Shown: piece after piece, positions 39,617-53,971 of the stretch
Position numbering within the stretch: the first letter of the stretch is position 1
Layout of the letters: the number at the start of each line of letters is the position of its first letter
Source: Utricularia gibba
Lineage: Eukaryota; Plantae; Magnoliophyta
Assembly: GCA_002189035.1 (NCBI GenBank)
Contig: CM007990.1
Span: 4,030,001-4,094,000, forward strand
DNA length: 64,000 nucleotides
Reading direction: 5' to 3'
Program-made: the position numbers and the translations under genes
The notes under the pieces: generated by a model
Databases searched by the model: none
The model's input: only the letters and a program-made list of their open reading frames with translations
What the model was told of the DNA's origin: nothing

Positions 39617-41811
39617 CTATGTAACACTCAGGGTCTGACCAGCTACTTCTTTCTTGCTCTTGCATCTGTCAGTACCAACAAGAAAACTTGCATAAGATGC
39701 ATGTTTCTTATGCACGAAGGAGCCATTGGGAAAAAAAATAGTGAGAAGCGGTGTTGCTTTTTTATGGAAATTTTTATTCAAAGAAAGGACCTATGAAACA
39801 GCTTGAGAGATAGTATACGATATTCTTCAACTTCACTTACTGACCTATTACAATGAGTTCGAGAAGCATAATTGTGGTTGCTGCAGGTAGAACACATCCA
39901 GTCTCCATCACGCCAGTGCTTTGAGCTGCAGGCCATTAAAGCAAGTTGGATGAAACAGAAATATTGATGGCAACAATGTAGGTGAACGACAATGCACAGC
40001 CCGCGAGGAATGGATTCTGATCTATTATAGCCACAATGGGGCATAGAAACATGCACGAAAACACGATAAAAAATTTGTCATGAAAACCCTGATGTATGAA
40101 GGCATCTAAAATTTGATTGTTTGCCGAACATTACAGATCTCTCACCCCTTTCCATTTTGTGGATTGGCTTGTAGATTTACTGTGCCTGCAGAATTTCCAC
40201 TAGAACTAGTACGCATATAGTTTAGTTGTCCAGCACCCAGGAATGGCTCAAAGCCAAAAAGTGGCGGCTGCAGAAATGTGCTTGTCATTTATTAAAGGGT
40301 GAAAGATGAATGTTCCAGAAAAGAGCACCTAAGACACGACTCAAAAATGAAGTTCCTTGCCTGTCCAACATTCAGTCTCTTGGTATCCCAGTTATGAACA
40401 AAGTCTTCAGATGCTAGGCGTTTTGTTCCAAGAACTTGAACAGAGAAAAAAAAACATTGATGTGGTAATGTTGAAGACACTTCAAACATAACAATACAGG
40501 GTTGAAGCAAGAGACAGACATTTTAATAATGGAATCATCAAGGTTAAAATTTGGGATATAAATATTTCAAAAGTTGTCAACGCACCTGCAGATACAGGGC
40601 TAACTAGAGATCCTGGTGCCAAAGCTGGTTTTAGAGCACTGCACTTTTTGCACTGCAATGGCAACAAATATAAAAAGCTCATGGCCACATTAAAATCCTT
40701 ACACTTCATCTATCATAAAGAATAAGGTCTATCTTCAGAATGATTTGATACAAAAAGAAAATGGAGGTCATCTACTGGTGTTCTCATGTTTTGAAAAAAA
40801 AAACGTGTGGGATGAATAGAGCACCTGAACACGGGAATTATAGTTATGAAAACCACATTCGCACATCCAATCACCAGTGCGCCAACCATCAGCATTTGGT
40901 ATTGAGGTAAGTGAGTTGGCACCACCGACATATGAAATTGCTGACAACGCGCTACCTTCCATGGGCCAAGGAGAAGCTGGACGAAGTCCACATGAACCTG
41001 CAGGCAGGTTTCCATATTGACCAATACCAGAAAGGGGCCACATAGGAGACCCGCCATTCAACAGACTTTCCATTCCACCAGGAGTCCTGGGAAAATAATT
41101 TGGATGAGTATGGAGAGAAGCTCCAGGCAGTGCAACCGCTGGCATTGCTGCAATTTCCTTAGGTTGGCCACACTTTTTGCACTCCTCTCTTGATGCATAA
41201 TTGTTGTTAGTGCAACCTAGTGATCCATTGCAAACAAACCCACCCCAACGCAGCCAGGAAGAAGATACAAGTGAAGAATACGCACGCCAACCAGCCAACC
41301 AATACCAGTACACATAGACAAAACATAAGACGAAATTTGACAAAAGATATATATAATGTATTTCAATATGAGCACACAAGCAACAGTCACAAAACCACAT
41401 CATCGAGACTAATAAACAGTACAGAGAAACAAATTCTTATCCCCAAAATTCTTGGAAGAAGCTAAATCATGAAATATGAACAGCATGCATTTTAAGAATA
41501 ATACAGCAAATCGTCAGGTATCAATGACAGAAAAAAACCCATGCCGCCTTTTCACTTTCCCAACATGCATTTTGTCTGCCCTAACAAATTATGAAAAGAA
41601 ACGCAAGCACGAATTTTATGGTTATAATCCTACCGCTGCAGATCCAGTCACCAAGCCGGGGAAGCCATTTTGAATCAGCAGGAGTTTTAGTGTCAACGAA
41701 AATACGCGGCTGTTTGCAACGGTTGCAAACGGATCTGAAGGCATAGTTTCTATTATGGCAGTTTCCGCACAGCCAATCACCTTCTTTCCCTCCACCACCT
41801 CCCCTACTCAT
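39617..41811 (-). CDS. RanBP2-type zinc-finger (RNA-binding) protein with four fingers, similar to Arabidopsis At2g17975/SRP1, ~320 aa
   Basis: Exons 41811-41634, 41216-40825, 40652-40586, 40434-40361, 40267-40146, 39925-39845 and 39665-39617 join in frame. Four GDWxCxxCxxxNYAxRxxCxxC-type fingers and LGTKRLAS. A 5'-UTR exon donor lies near 42230. Confidence 0.92.
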
Positions 41812-44800
41812 AGTCTTTATATTCGACGCTTTCAGAATAAATTCACAGTCTCCTTTAAACCACCTGGGTCCGTAAACCCTGGTCTACCACTGTTACTGTA
41901 GAAACACAGAAACCAAGTCATTTCACTTTGAGCATAAGCTCTGGTAATTTGTAAACCATGGTTCCATAACACCCAGAAAAACATAAGTTGCGTTCGCTAC
42001 TTCGCTGGGAGAATCCATCGACGAAAATAACCGAAAATTGGGTAAACAGAAGAAAAAAAACACGAGATGGTTATCATGCAGATCAATACAACACTCACAT
42101 TATAAGAAAATTATCGCAAACGAACCCCTCAGATCCGTCCCCAAAACGCTAAGGGAACACCATCCAGACAAACAGATCTGATAAACCCTACCCATTCATC
42201 TAAGAGGATAGAATTAGGCGAACATGAATTACCTGGCGCGGGACTGTGGAGAAGAGCAACGAAGATCGTCGGAGGAATTCACAATTTCTGCATCCAGAGC
42301 CTGCAGGCTCCAGATATGCTCTTGATTCTTGCATTACGGACAGCAATATCGGGCCCCGGCTCTTACAGCCCAATGGGACATATTACATCATCCGCTCCTC
42401 GAGGCCTTCAGGCCCAATTCAAAAGATTTACGGCATTTCCCCACATTTATTTATTCAAAAATCTCCATGAATAAAAATATGCTGCCGATGAATTCACATT
42501 CAGCCAATAAACGCGTGACACGTGTGTTTAGAGCAGTTAAGAATTAAGAGCACGAAAGATGCTGAGCAATGCACGATCTTCGCCTAAAAAAGGAGACCAT
42601 GAAGTGGCTTGGAATTTAAAGTTCTAAGAAATCAATTTTCCAGAATTGTTTCTAAATTATTACTCCTTTTGTATTATAATTTTTTGTGTTTGATAAAAAA
42701 AAACTGATTTTAAAATATTTCTTCCGAAACATAATCTATTTTAAATATAAACAATTAAATATATTTGAATTATTTATAGTTATATAGGCATACATCATAT
42801 GATTAAAATTGAAACTATGTTGACACATAGGTTTTACAAATAAATGTTCAAAATTATATTTTTTTTGATAAATTTTTTAATAATAAATAGAGAAAAAACA
42901 TCAAATCTCACTTAATTAAAATAATTCATATGCAACAAGATTTTGAGAAAAAAAATAGTCAAAGGAATTATGTAATTTTTTTAAAAAATAATGGGTGCAA
43001 TAGAAAATATATCTATCAAATAAACAAGCCTATAACTTTGGGGTCATCACCATTATTAATCTTAGGGTATCTTTGGCATCTGGTTTGAAGTCACTTTCAA
43101 AAGATTTTTATTTTAATAAATCATGTTTAGTAAATTTTTATATATAAAAGTCTCTTTTATTCTAATCCATAAAATTGCCCTTAAATAAAAGCAAGGGATG
43201 AGATGATTTTATGTAAATGTCGGCAATATATTTTTTTAGATAATAATATTCTAAATTAAATATTTTTAAATTATTTTAATTACAATTTATACTTGACGCA
43301 TTTCTTCCCTTTTCTTATTTAAATTTCATTTTTATCATTGTAAAATTTGTCAAGAAATTTATTCAATGGTGATATTTCATACCAATATAATTATTTTCTG
43401 ATTATATCATTTAAAATTCATTTATGTTTTTTTAAAAAATTTAAATTTAAATTTTTTTTTCTAATTACAATATTTGGTTTTTTAAAATCTTAATTTAATA
43501 AAATCATATTTAATTACGAACTTCAAAATACGCCCTTAAATTTGGGTTCCGCAAAGCCCCAGCTCATGCTGGTGCCAACTCTGCGCTCCTCCTGTGTATG
43601 GCACCTTAGGCTTGCTTATCTCCTGTGAACTGTACCACAGAATCTTTGTCATTTTTTTGTTTGGAATGGACTCAATTATTTGGTGCACATGCACCCAATT
43701 AGAATATTGGCATTTGGGTGAGGTGGATTTAGCATTTTCAATAATGCCTACCGAAATAAATTGACGCAGAGTCAGCCCGGGCAAGGAGAAATAATGCCTG
43801 AAACCTCAAGTCACCAACCCCAACCCCACCCCACCCCCGTTTTCTTTTCTTTTCTTCATGCATCATCATCATGACGCAAGAAGGGATAAGAAACACAACT
43901 TTATGCTGTAAATCAAGGTGTGAGACGAAAAGGGGTTTATGCTCCCGGTGTCCCCAGATCTCCAACCCTTGTTCTTTGGATCCCCTATGGACGGATCTTC
44001 TAGTTCAGGAACAAAAACAAGCTGATAACCTTCCTTGCCAGTCTGTCCTAAAGGCGGGAGAAAGAAAGATGGACGACGCAGTCGGTCTCCTTTTGGAGAT
44101 GGAACTCGACCATCTGTGCCAAAAGGCAAACGCTTTGATTGAAGTTGCAGGGACCCAAAAGTTTAATCCACTGAGTATCATTAGCGCAATTGATTTTGGC
44201 TTTTTCAAGGAAAAATTTGATGTTTATGTTGTGTAAAAGAAACTCCAGCTCCCTCTCTCATTGACTTCCAGTAAAAGAAAAGAGAAGAAAACATCCATCA
44301 TCCTCTTCTTTGTAGCGCACGTGGGAATAAGACGGCCTACATTCTGAATTTCGCTTTGCACTCTCACCTATTAGTCTATTAACAGCATATCCAGCCATTG
44401 GTTCTGCTGCGTGGCTGCCGCACACAGATTGCGATAATCGATCGTGTTTGCAGTAAACAAAGAGATAGGCATGGTTTTGTTGGAGCTGCTGATGTGAGGC
44501 TAAAGCAGCAAGAGTTGACCAAATAGGGTGTGTGAAAGGAAGGGCTCAAAAGCAAAACGACACACCCTTCCAATCCACTTGGCTCGCTATGCTTTTCTTT
44601 TTTAAGAGACACTTACAGTGCATTATTGATGGAGCCCCGTCACTGGTTTCCTGGAAACTGCTCACGCCTTATCCTTCACTGATCTGGTGAAAACGTCCCG
44701 CTACTGCCTTCCACATCAACAAGCTCCAGCTCCTGGAGTTTTTGTTAAATTCGACATATGATTATAAATTTTTTTGGATCCCAACGAAAAACTTTCTGAT

Positions 44801-45703
44801 TAATTAAACCTAATTCGAAATGGAACCAAGTGTTTCAGTGGGACTCATACACAAACACATTATTGCCAATTGAAGGTGAATTGAGATTGTGTAGGTTTCG
44901 CCGTACGGTGGGAGATACCGGCGGCGAGGTTTCCGACAATCCCGCTTTCCTTCACCCCCAGCGCAAAATCGTGAAACACCGACGCCAGGGGCATTAATGA
45001 GATTTCGAACAAATCAGGCAAACCCTAAAAAAATAATAAATAATAAAAAGAAAAAAAACACAAAAATACCTCTTGAGAGCGTCACGAATTTTTAAGGTGA
45101 CGACATCAATTATTTTGTCGAATTCAAAATTTTTTTTTAAAAATAAAGTAATCGAATATTTAATTTGTTCCTTTTCAATTCCACACATTTCAATTTGATT
45201 TTTTAATATTCTAAGTATTTGTTTGGATTTGCTTATAGCAATTACTCTTTTAAAATAAAATAAGAAATAGACTTTAAAAAACATTTATAAATTTTTTATT
45301 TTTTTCAAACAAAAATCTTTTATTTTTAATATCAAAATTATTTTGTTAGAATCATAAATGTTTCCAAATAAATTATATATTCTAATTTTCCGAAATGAAC
45401 TTTCTGAAACGCAATGATAATTGTTTTAAATAGAAATATTACAAGATTAACAATTTTTCATGTCCAAAAAATAAAATAAAATTGATAAACGACATTAAAT
45501 TAGAAATTATAAAAAAATCACTCAGAATTTTTTATTTCCAACTTGCAATCCACGGCAGCAGATATAAAAATATATACATTATTTGAGTATTTTAAATTGA
45601 CAGAAATGGTCGTGGTATGAATAACCTGAACAACAAGAACTGTGTGTGAACTGAAGGTAAATATTCTCCTGTCTTTGCAGCAGCTTTTGAGATCTCTTCA
45701 AAA

Positions 45704-46908
45704 CTAAGAGAATAATCCGAAGGGAGTGGCAGAAGCTGCGCTTATCCTCGGAAAGTGTTTCCCAAATACTGCCTCTGATTCCTGCAACGACACCTGCTGC
45801 TGATTTTGATGATGATGATGATGATGATGCCACTCCCACGAATCATCTTCTTCGTAATTCGATTCTAGTTTGGGTTGGGTGTATAAGTTTTCTGGGTTTT
45901 GGTTCAAATTTGATGACAAGATCTGATTTTGAAGATATCCGTTCCAAGTTATGTCCGCCGGGATTTCAGAACAGGGGACGACGGCGCCGGACTGTGAGAA
46001 GAATTGGGCTGCATTGTGGGTCCTCCACGCGCCGTCGTCGCAGCTGAACGGCATCCGCGGCGGTGGCGGTGGAAGAAAAGGGGATGATGTGAAGTAGGGG
46101 TGGTTATGAATTGGGTTGTTGAAATTGAAAGGGAGGAGCTCAGATGAAGTCATCGCGGGTGCCGCCGTGGGGGTCATGAAACCGAAGAATTCGTCGGTTT
46201 CCAGCGCCGGGAAGTCGTCCACCGAAACTGAGCTTTTCATGTTCTTCACCCCCTCCGCTGAAACCTCCACCCCTTTCTTGGTGGAGGAAGACGGCACCGC
46301 CGCAGGGGCTCCAGCATTTTCCTCAATCTCCGGCAGAGGTTTGTGGGTGTTGGGGTCAATGCCTCTCTGTCTCAGCTTCTTCTTCAGTGATGAGTTCCAC
46401 AAATTCTTGATCTCGTTATCAGTTCTCCCAGGCAACTGTGCAGCAATTTGAGACCACCTGTTCAAAGAATCAACCAACATTCTCCATAATCACAACAAAG
46501 CAATCAACAAACAGTCGCGCAATCATCAAACAGAAAACTTCCTCAAACAAAGCACCTGTTCCCAAGAACAGCATGCAGTTCAATTATCAGACTCTCCTCC
46601 TCCTGCGAAAATGTCCCCCTCTTCAAATCCGGCCTCAGGTAATTTATCCACCTCAGTCTGCAGCTTTTCCCACACCTCTCAAGCCCTTCATTCAAACACC
46701 AAGATCATCATCATCATCACACACAACACCCCTGAGAGGAGTAGTAAGTACACGATCATCAGAGCCGAGGCTTACCAGCAAGCTTGGGGACAGAGCTCCA
46801 GCACCCATGGCCATACTTTGCAATATGGTTCACCAGTTTCTCATCTTCCTCCGGCGACCACAGCCCCTTCCGGAGCTTCTGTTTGAAGCAGCAGGAATGC
46901 CTGCCCAT
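45704..46908 (-). CDS. R2R3-MYB transcription factor, subgroup 13 (MYB61/MYB55/MYB50-like), ~338 aa
   Basis: Exons 46908-46776 (133 nt), 46685-46556 (130 nt) and 46457-45704, the canonical R2R3 layout. [25 protein letters not shown]...[13 protein letters not shown]. Confidence 0.95.
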
Positions 46909-49900
46909 GACAGAAGAAGCCACGGGAACGGGGGAAAGCTTAGGCAAGGACAAACAAGGGAGAAACAGGGGAGCCAGCTTTATAAAGAGGGGCGTCTTAT
47001 TCACATTGATTGCCATTAATCTCGATACATACATTGCTTCGTCTTCGTTAATCATTTCAATTTCGAAACGTATACATGACACCCTCTTCCCTCTCTATCC
47101 CCAAAAGGTATTCTAACATCATCATCACAACGACGTTTATACTCCATTAACAATCACCCACAATAATCATACTTTTTGATCAACAACACCCCAACACTTT
47201 CATCTACAGGCGCTTGTGTCAGTGATAACTAAACTACAAGCCACTGCAGCAGTTGCCTTTGATTTCTGTAATCTACGATTCCCAAACACTGAGGAGTGAT
47301 TGGCCATTAAAAACGAGTGTTTGAATGAGAAGAAGGTAAGCAGCATAGGGCTCTTCCATTAATAGTTACAGCATGCAATTATAGCAAAAACTTGCAATTA
47401 ATGAACCACCCCAATTACTCAACCCCTTCAAACCGTGACCCATCATTCATCTGTCTGCATCCGCATTTCGCAGCTACGCATCCCGATTTCCATTACACGA
47501 ACCAAGTTTCACTGTTCCGGATTCGGGGCAACCCGACCCACGTCATTGGGTTTTCGACAGCCGGTCGTGGGCGAAAAATCACGACAATGGTTGTCGGTTG
47601 TATTGACCAATCTAAGCAACCTTAGAGATTTCTTGGCAGTATGTTACAAGAATATTTTTCGAAATAAATTCTAATAAAATAAATTCATGTTTTTGTTTCA
47701 ATATAAATTGTTCGTGTTTAGTAATGAGATTATTTTTTAAACATTCATAAGTAAATAAGAGTTATTTTAAATAAATTTTCATTTTATTTCTCGAAAAATG
47801 CTTTTCGAAAATTAATTCTGCTAAAAAAACAAATTACGTCTCAATAGATTTTTCAAAATAATAAACGATACTGAAATTTTATTATTTCGTTTATATTTTG
47901 TGATAAAACTGTTATCTAACGTTTTTTTTTCAAAATTTTCATTATAAGTTGTATCAAGGGTGACATCTTTACTATTATTAGAACAGAATTCATTCGTATT
48001 TAATAACAAAACTAAGCATAACCTATTCTAAACAAACCCGAATAACAACATCATGGGTGAAATTCCTTTTTATTTTAGATGAAATAAAATAAAATAAACA
48101 ATGGGTGGGTTGATGTTTAAATGAAGCTATTAAGAAAAAAGATTAGGTGTTAAGAGTTAGGGAGGAGAGGGGAAGACATTCCTGACCACTGACTGCTCAA
48201 TAATCACAAAACAAATCATTTTCCGTGTCATCACTTTCATCCACATGTTGTCTGCATAAGCTAAACTAATCATCGGGAGCGAATAATTAGTAGACAGCCT
48301 GATCACAATTATATTAACATTAATTGGGGAGATTAACTCAATAAATCTATTTTTTTTTGTTTTTTTGGAAAAAGCGTGCAGCCGACACCGACAGTGTACG
48401 CTAGTCGTGCTGTTGAAAAACAACCGCGACTTTTGGAATAATGGTCACGCTGAAACAAGTATCCTTTTCTATCATACTACGGATAGTTAAATTCGTGGAT
48501 ACATGGATTGGGGTACGTAGATTATTGACCCGTAAGTGATATTTATTAAAATATAAATTAATCATAGTTATAAGATGTAATGTAATCAAGTCAAAAGAAA
48601 TAGCATTTATAATAAAACATACAAGATGAGAAATTAATCGAGTTACATATTCATATTAATCAATACTCAAAGAAAAAAAAGTATACTTGATACATATTAC
48701 AACTATATAAGTTTTCTTACTTTTTCACAAATGAATCAATGGAAGCAAAATGAAGATGGCTTGAATTTTTTTTCGATAAATTAAGATTCGAGATCAAAAT
48801 CAAGAAATTGTGATAATATTTCAAAGTAAATTGATCGTAAAATATAAAATTAATATTTTATTAACTTTTTAATAAATCTTTGAGAGTAGGATTTTTGGGC
48901 ATGTGGGAGTTTCATTTTTACAATTTTTGGTGGTATAATTTTGGCAAATGATTGACAAAAAATGTTTATTAGAATAAAGTGGTGGGCTTAAAGTGAAAGG
49001 ACGGTTCTACCCTCCATTACACAGTAACTTCACAGACCTGTTCATGAGTGCATGCATGTATGTCGTGGTTTCTTAAATAATTGTCTACGGGGAAGGTTGC
49101 GCACATGCGCCGTAGCGCCACCGGCACCTTAAGGTTCGGACAGTAAACCTCGACAGCTGTAATGACACCACAAAGAGGCTACTGTGTTTCTTGAATCCAA
49201 TGTGCACGCAACAGTGGAGACGGATGCGGAATCAGCTGCTGCGACGTCGAATCGCGATGCCCAGCGGCGGACAGCTCGGTCTGAAACAGAGAGAGGGTCG
49301 AATTCTAGGCATGGGATCCTGCCTGAACAGTGAAGCATTATTATTCACCATGTTTTATTAATACATGAACAGGAAAACATGTCTCTGATTGCTTCGTTTG
49401 GATCTCCCCCGATAAGAAGAAACCACCCACTCCCCTATGATTCCTGTAGGATAGGATGATACGTTGTTATAAGGCATTAATATATGGGATGCGATCAAAC
49501 TACTCTTTTTTATATAACTTGTTTGGTTATTGAACAAGAAATTGGATGAGATTATAACATGCTTTGATATTATTTGTATGAAATTGCATATATATCCTTG
49601 GATCATTGCGTTTACTAAAAGTATACATATTGTATGATATTTCTGTCTGTGGAGGATTTGGAATCACTATTTTTTTTTTATAAATTCACTCAAAACCTAT
49701 CTCACCAATCAAACAAGGGTTATTAAATCTTATAGGTGGTGTTTGGTATATAATTTAATGGTGGTTTTAAAATATATTTTATTTAAGTTTGGTAAGAAGT
49801 TTTAATTTAAAATTGATTTAAAATAAATTAAAACCACATATAAAGTTCTTGAAAACTGAGGGGATGATATGTTTTATATTAAACCGCAGATTCATTCCTA

Positions 49901-50765
49901 ATTTACCCTAATCTCTCCTTCAATTCTAAATAAATATAAAACCACAATCCAAACATCTTTTCATACTAAAAACATAAAATATATTTTATCGTAAATCATA
50001 TTATCAAAATCTTAAATCATCTACCATACACAACCATGATGTGTTAGAGCGTGGGTGACCTTGAATGAGACCAAAATGAATGGAATAGTAAAAACACAAT
50101 GATGTGGCGGGGATATGCTCCTAGATTTGAAGTTGTGGCTACTTGTAGGTTAAGTGGTTAACTAATGATTAGCATTGAATAACTTTAGTAGAAAAGTGAC
50201 TCTTGGGTCACATTTATCAAATGCACATGGCACGATGCGATGGGGATTAAAGTGATTACTCAGTTTTTAAGCTATAATCGATTAGCATTCCAAACAAAAA
50301 ACGCCAAAATGCCTTTTTTTAACCATGGTTAGATTAGGATTTTAATTCATTTACTTTTAGGTTTCAGACGTGTTAATTTGCTCCATATTAATTTACAAAT
50401 GTGAAAAAATATAAATATCTTTTATAAAAGGTATTATTTAATCAAGTGTTATTTATTACATGTTTATTATAAAGTTTTAAACTTAGGTTTGATATACAAT
50501 ATTACCAAAACTCTCATAAATGATGCCATTACATTTCTTTATCATTGAATCAACTAAGCTCATATAATACATGAGTCTGTACATTGATCCTAGCAATGGG
50601 ACGTCTTTAGACCGAAGGTGTTGGATAAACGCATGGCAGAAGAACATCTCTGGGATTGCGGGTGTTGGCTGGTTCTGTGAAGGGCATGTGCGCATCATGA
50701 TTGCGGCTTCTTCTTCTCCTTTTTTTAATCTGCATGAAGGAAAGCAAGTGTAAGGTTGATATCAT

Positions 50766-50785
50766 GGGTAGGGTAGGGTAGGGTA
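50766..50785 (+). repeat. (GGGTA)4 repeat, canonical G-quadruplex-forming motif
   Basis: GGGTAGGGTAGGGTAGGGTA seen directly. Confidence 0.8.
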
Positions 50786-53751
50786 GCTACTCCTCTAGAA
50801 ATAAATGAAGACGAAATGAATAAATAGTTGAGGAGGGTTCTTAAAGAGTGGGAAACAGGATTACAGCCAATCTCATCGCTATCATCAATAATGCCAAATT
50901 ATGATGGATGGAGGCGGAAGCAGAGCTCCATATTTAAAATGCACAGTGGCCAACAAGATCGATCGATGTGTGCTCCTCAGTTCAAGTGTAGGAGGGAGGG
51001 GGAGGGACCCTACGCACCCCCGAGAAACCAAAACCAGAAGATCAGGAGATTAGATTTAGGGCAGCCATCCCCCTCCTCCTCCTCCACACGATGCTTTCTT
51101 TGGTGCTGGCCCCTCCTTAATCTATCCACTAATCTTCGTTTGGGGGCACTAATCATGTATTTGATAAACTGTGATATTAAACAAGTACTTAGATTTTTTT
51201 GAACTAGCCCCAACGGAGGGATTCAATCGAGGTTTTTTTTTTCAATGTTAGAATGGATTGTTGACCTCCCCATTTAAAAAAATGGAAGTTTAATTTTTGG
51301 TGAATTTTAATATTTGAAATTATTTTTATTTCCTAAAAGTTGTGATTCAAAATCAAGATTTTGCTTCAATGTGAAAGTAGAACTAATTGAAGTTAAGTAT
51401 TGTCTAAAACTGTATATATTAATGAAAAGGTCACTGAAATGAAGAATAACTAAGACACTTGATCTTTATGAAGAAGTGCAGTTGTTAATTGATACATTTT
51501 ATGAATAAAAGATGGAATGAAGAAAATGAATTGTAAATGATAAAAATAAAGAAATATATTGAGAATAAATTATAATTAAAAAATCTAAACGGACAGAAAT
51601 GATTGAAATTTGTCTATTATGAATCTTTAAATAAAACTACCCCAACCCTGATGCTTATTAAATCAATTCATAAATGATACCAAACACCTCCTTACTTCCT
51701 AAGTAAAAAATTTGAAAACCACAAACACTATTAATAATAAATTAAGCATTTAATTTATACCTACTTTTCGAGATGTTGGATGCTTTTATAACACCTATTT
51801 TATAATCAAGCTTATTTTCTAAGGGTAACTTTGAAAAACCATTTATCTACAAAGAAAATCAATAGTTGTTTTAAGAATTATTTTATTTTTAAAAATTTAT
51901 TGATTTTTCATTTACTATGAGTGGTCTTTGAGAATTATTTCAATTTTATTAGAAGTTTAATAAGCAAGTTTATGTGAAGATTGATTTTTGAGAATTCATA
52001 TTAATATGCACATTTATATTTATACCCATATTTTTTTATAAATAATCAAAAAAATACATATTTAAAATAAACTATTGAAATATATTGATTTTTAATTATA
52101 ATTTTAATATAAATGAACTTTTTAATTCATAAATTTAGAAACATGGATAAATGTGCTTTTTTTCTTATTTTTTTGTATTGCAAATATAAATTAGTTCATA
52201 AATATTCATTTAAAAAATTCAAATATACATCATTTTGTCATAATTTTCAATTATGTTAAAATCACTTGCGAGAGTGGTTTGCCTAGTTTTCACATTGGAT
52301 AAACAATTTAAGACGCAAAATATGTCGAAAATGCATGTGACCAAATTGTTGTGTAACAATTGCATATTATTAAAAAGTGTTATACTTGAATACTGTTTTT
52401 TTATTTTATTTTGCGGTAGTTAAGAGGAGGGATATTGCACGTTTGGGATAAGGAAAGTGTGCAGTGTAACGTGCCCGTTACACATCCATAAAGACCGACA
52501 CCCGCTACGGATTTGGACATTTGAGCTAGAGGCGAGCTGTCCTGTGAAGCCAAGCCACCAGGGCCGTCAAATGATGATCGATTCCACAAAAAAGGTCAAA
52601 TGATGCCCCCAAATGTGGACCTCTTGCCCACCCAGAACCAGTCCCGGGTCTTGTGCTTGTCGCCCATTAAACCCCAAGCCGTCGTTCTACTGTGTGTGTG
52701 ATTCATGGCTGCTCAACTCAAGGCTCCATGGATACCAGTAGGACCCAAGCATTTAAAGCTCAGCAAGTAACTGTTTCGCGGTCGAACATCTCCTGAAACG
52801 ACCGTCGGGAAACATGGGATTGGAGCAGCATTTAGGAAAGCAGAAAGCTCTTCTTTTCTTCTGGACCGAAGAGAACAGGGACGGCGAACCACATCGGCAT
52901 ATCTTTACAGCCAAGTCCAGGTGGGGGTGGGGTGTGTATGAGATATGAATGAGGGAGTTCGTCTCTTCTAAATGTCCCTACTGGAGCAAACTCCAAACGG
53001 TGTCGTTTTGGGAAGACAACAAAAAGTTGGTTTGACTATTCCATTCCTTGTCTACAACGGGAGCCTGCCTTTCTTTCGGAGTAGTGAATACCGTACGTGC
53101 ATTTCTCTTGGACATTCCGAATGATAAGGAGTGCCTGATTTAATGTTCCATTGGATTTTACTCCCATGAAATGGCGAAACTTTTATGGAATATAATTCAA
53201 TTGTAAAATAATTAAATGGTTATTCGAACGATCTTTAGTAATTCGATGAAATTCTCGTCATTGACCATCTTGATCATTTTCGCAATTCAATGATTTTAAC
53301 GAAAACCGAAATCTTACAATGGTAAAAATAAAGTTAATTACAACATCTGTCTGCAAACGTGCGTAATGTGTTCAGCAATCTCCAAATGCAGGAAGGAGGA
53401 CGTTTTAGGTACACATTACACGTCCCACTTTCAGGTGGAGTACAAAGAATGTGATGGTAGGAAAAATGGAAGAACGGCTCCGCAAAGGTGGAAAGACGCA
53501 AGGACGAGGACCGTATGCACCATCAAATCCGGGAACACACACATCCATTTCATTTACCTTCCGTTTATGCTATTTCTCGAAATCAATTTAGAAAATTACG
53601 TTTACTTTTATTAAAATAAAATATTGATCTCTATAAGTAATAAACGTTTATATTTTTCTAAACATAATTTCATTCAAGACTAAATGTTTGTTGTTTGAGT
53701 TCATACAAAAATTAGAGATTTGAAAAAAAAATGGCGTGCTTTGTAATTTTA

Positions 53752-53971
53752 GAATATGTTTGGTATATGGATAAATTATATTAGAGATAAGATGTGGTAT
53801 ATAAAAATAAGGTTGTATGATAGAATAATTTTATCCTAATCCTTCCTCTCTTATTATTTTATATCATATTCATAATATAAATTATTTTAAATATAATTTA
53901 TCTCACATATCAAACATACTATTTTGTTTCCATTTAATTATCCCTTTTTATCCTCTCTATCAAACAGACTC
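53752..53971. mobile_element. Tourist-like MITE
   Basis: Imperfect TIRs GAATATGTTTGGTA and the reverse complement of GAGTCTGTTTGATA, with TTA on both flanks. 220 bp and AT-rich. Confidence 0.6.

Noticed and set aside
46438-47116. Plus-strand ORFs (193, 91 and 110 aa) overlapping the MYB
   Set aside because: Antisense by-products of MYB exons and introns with no motif support.
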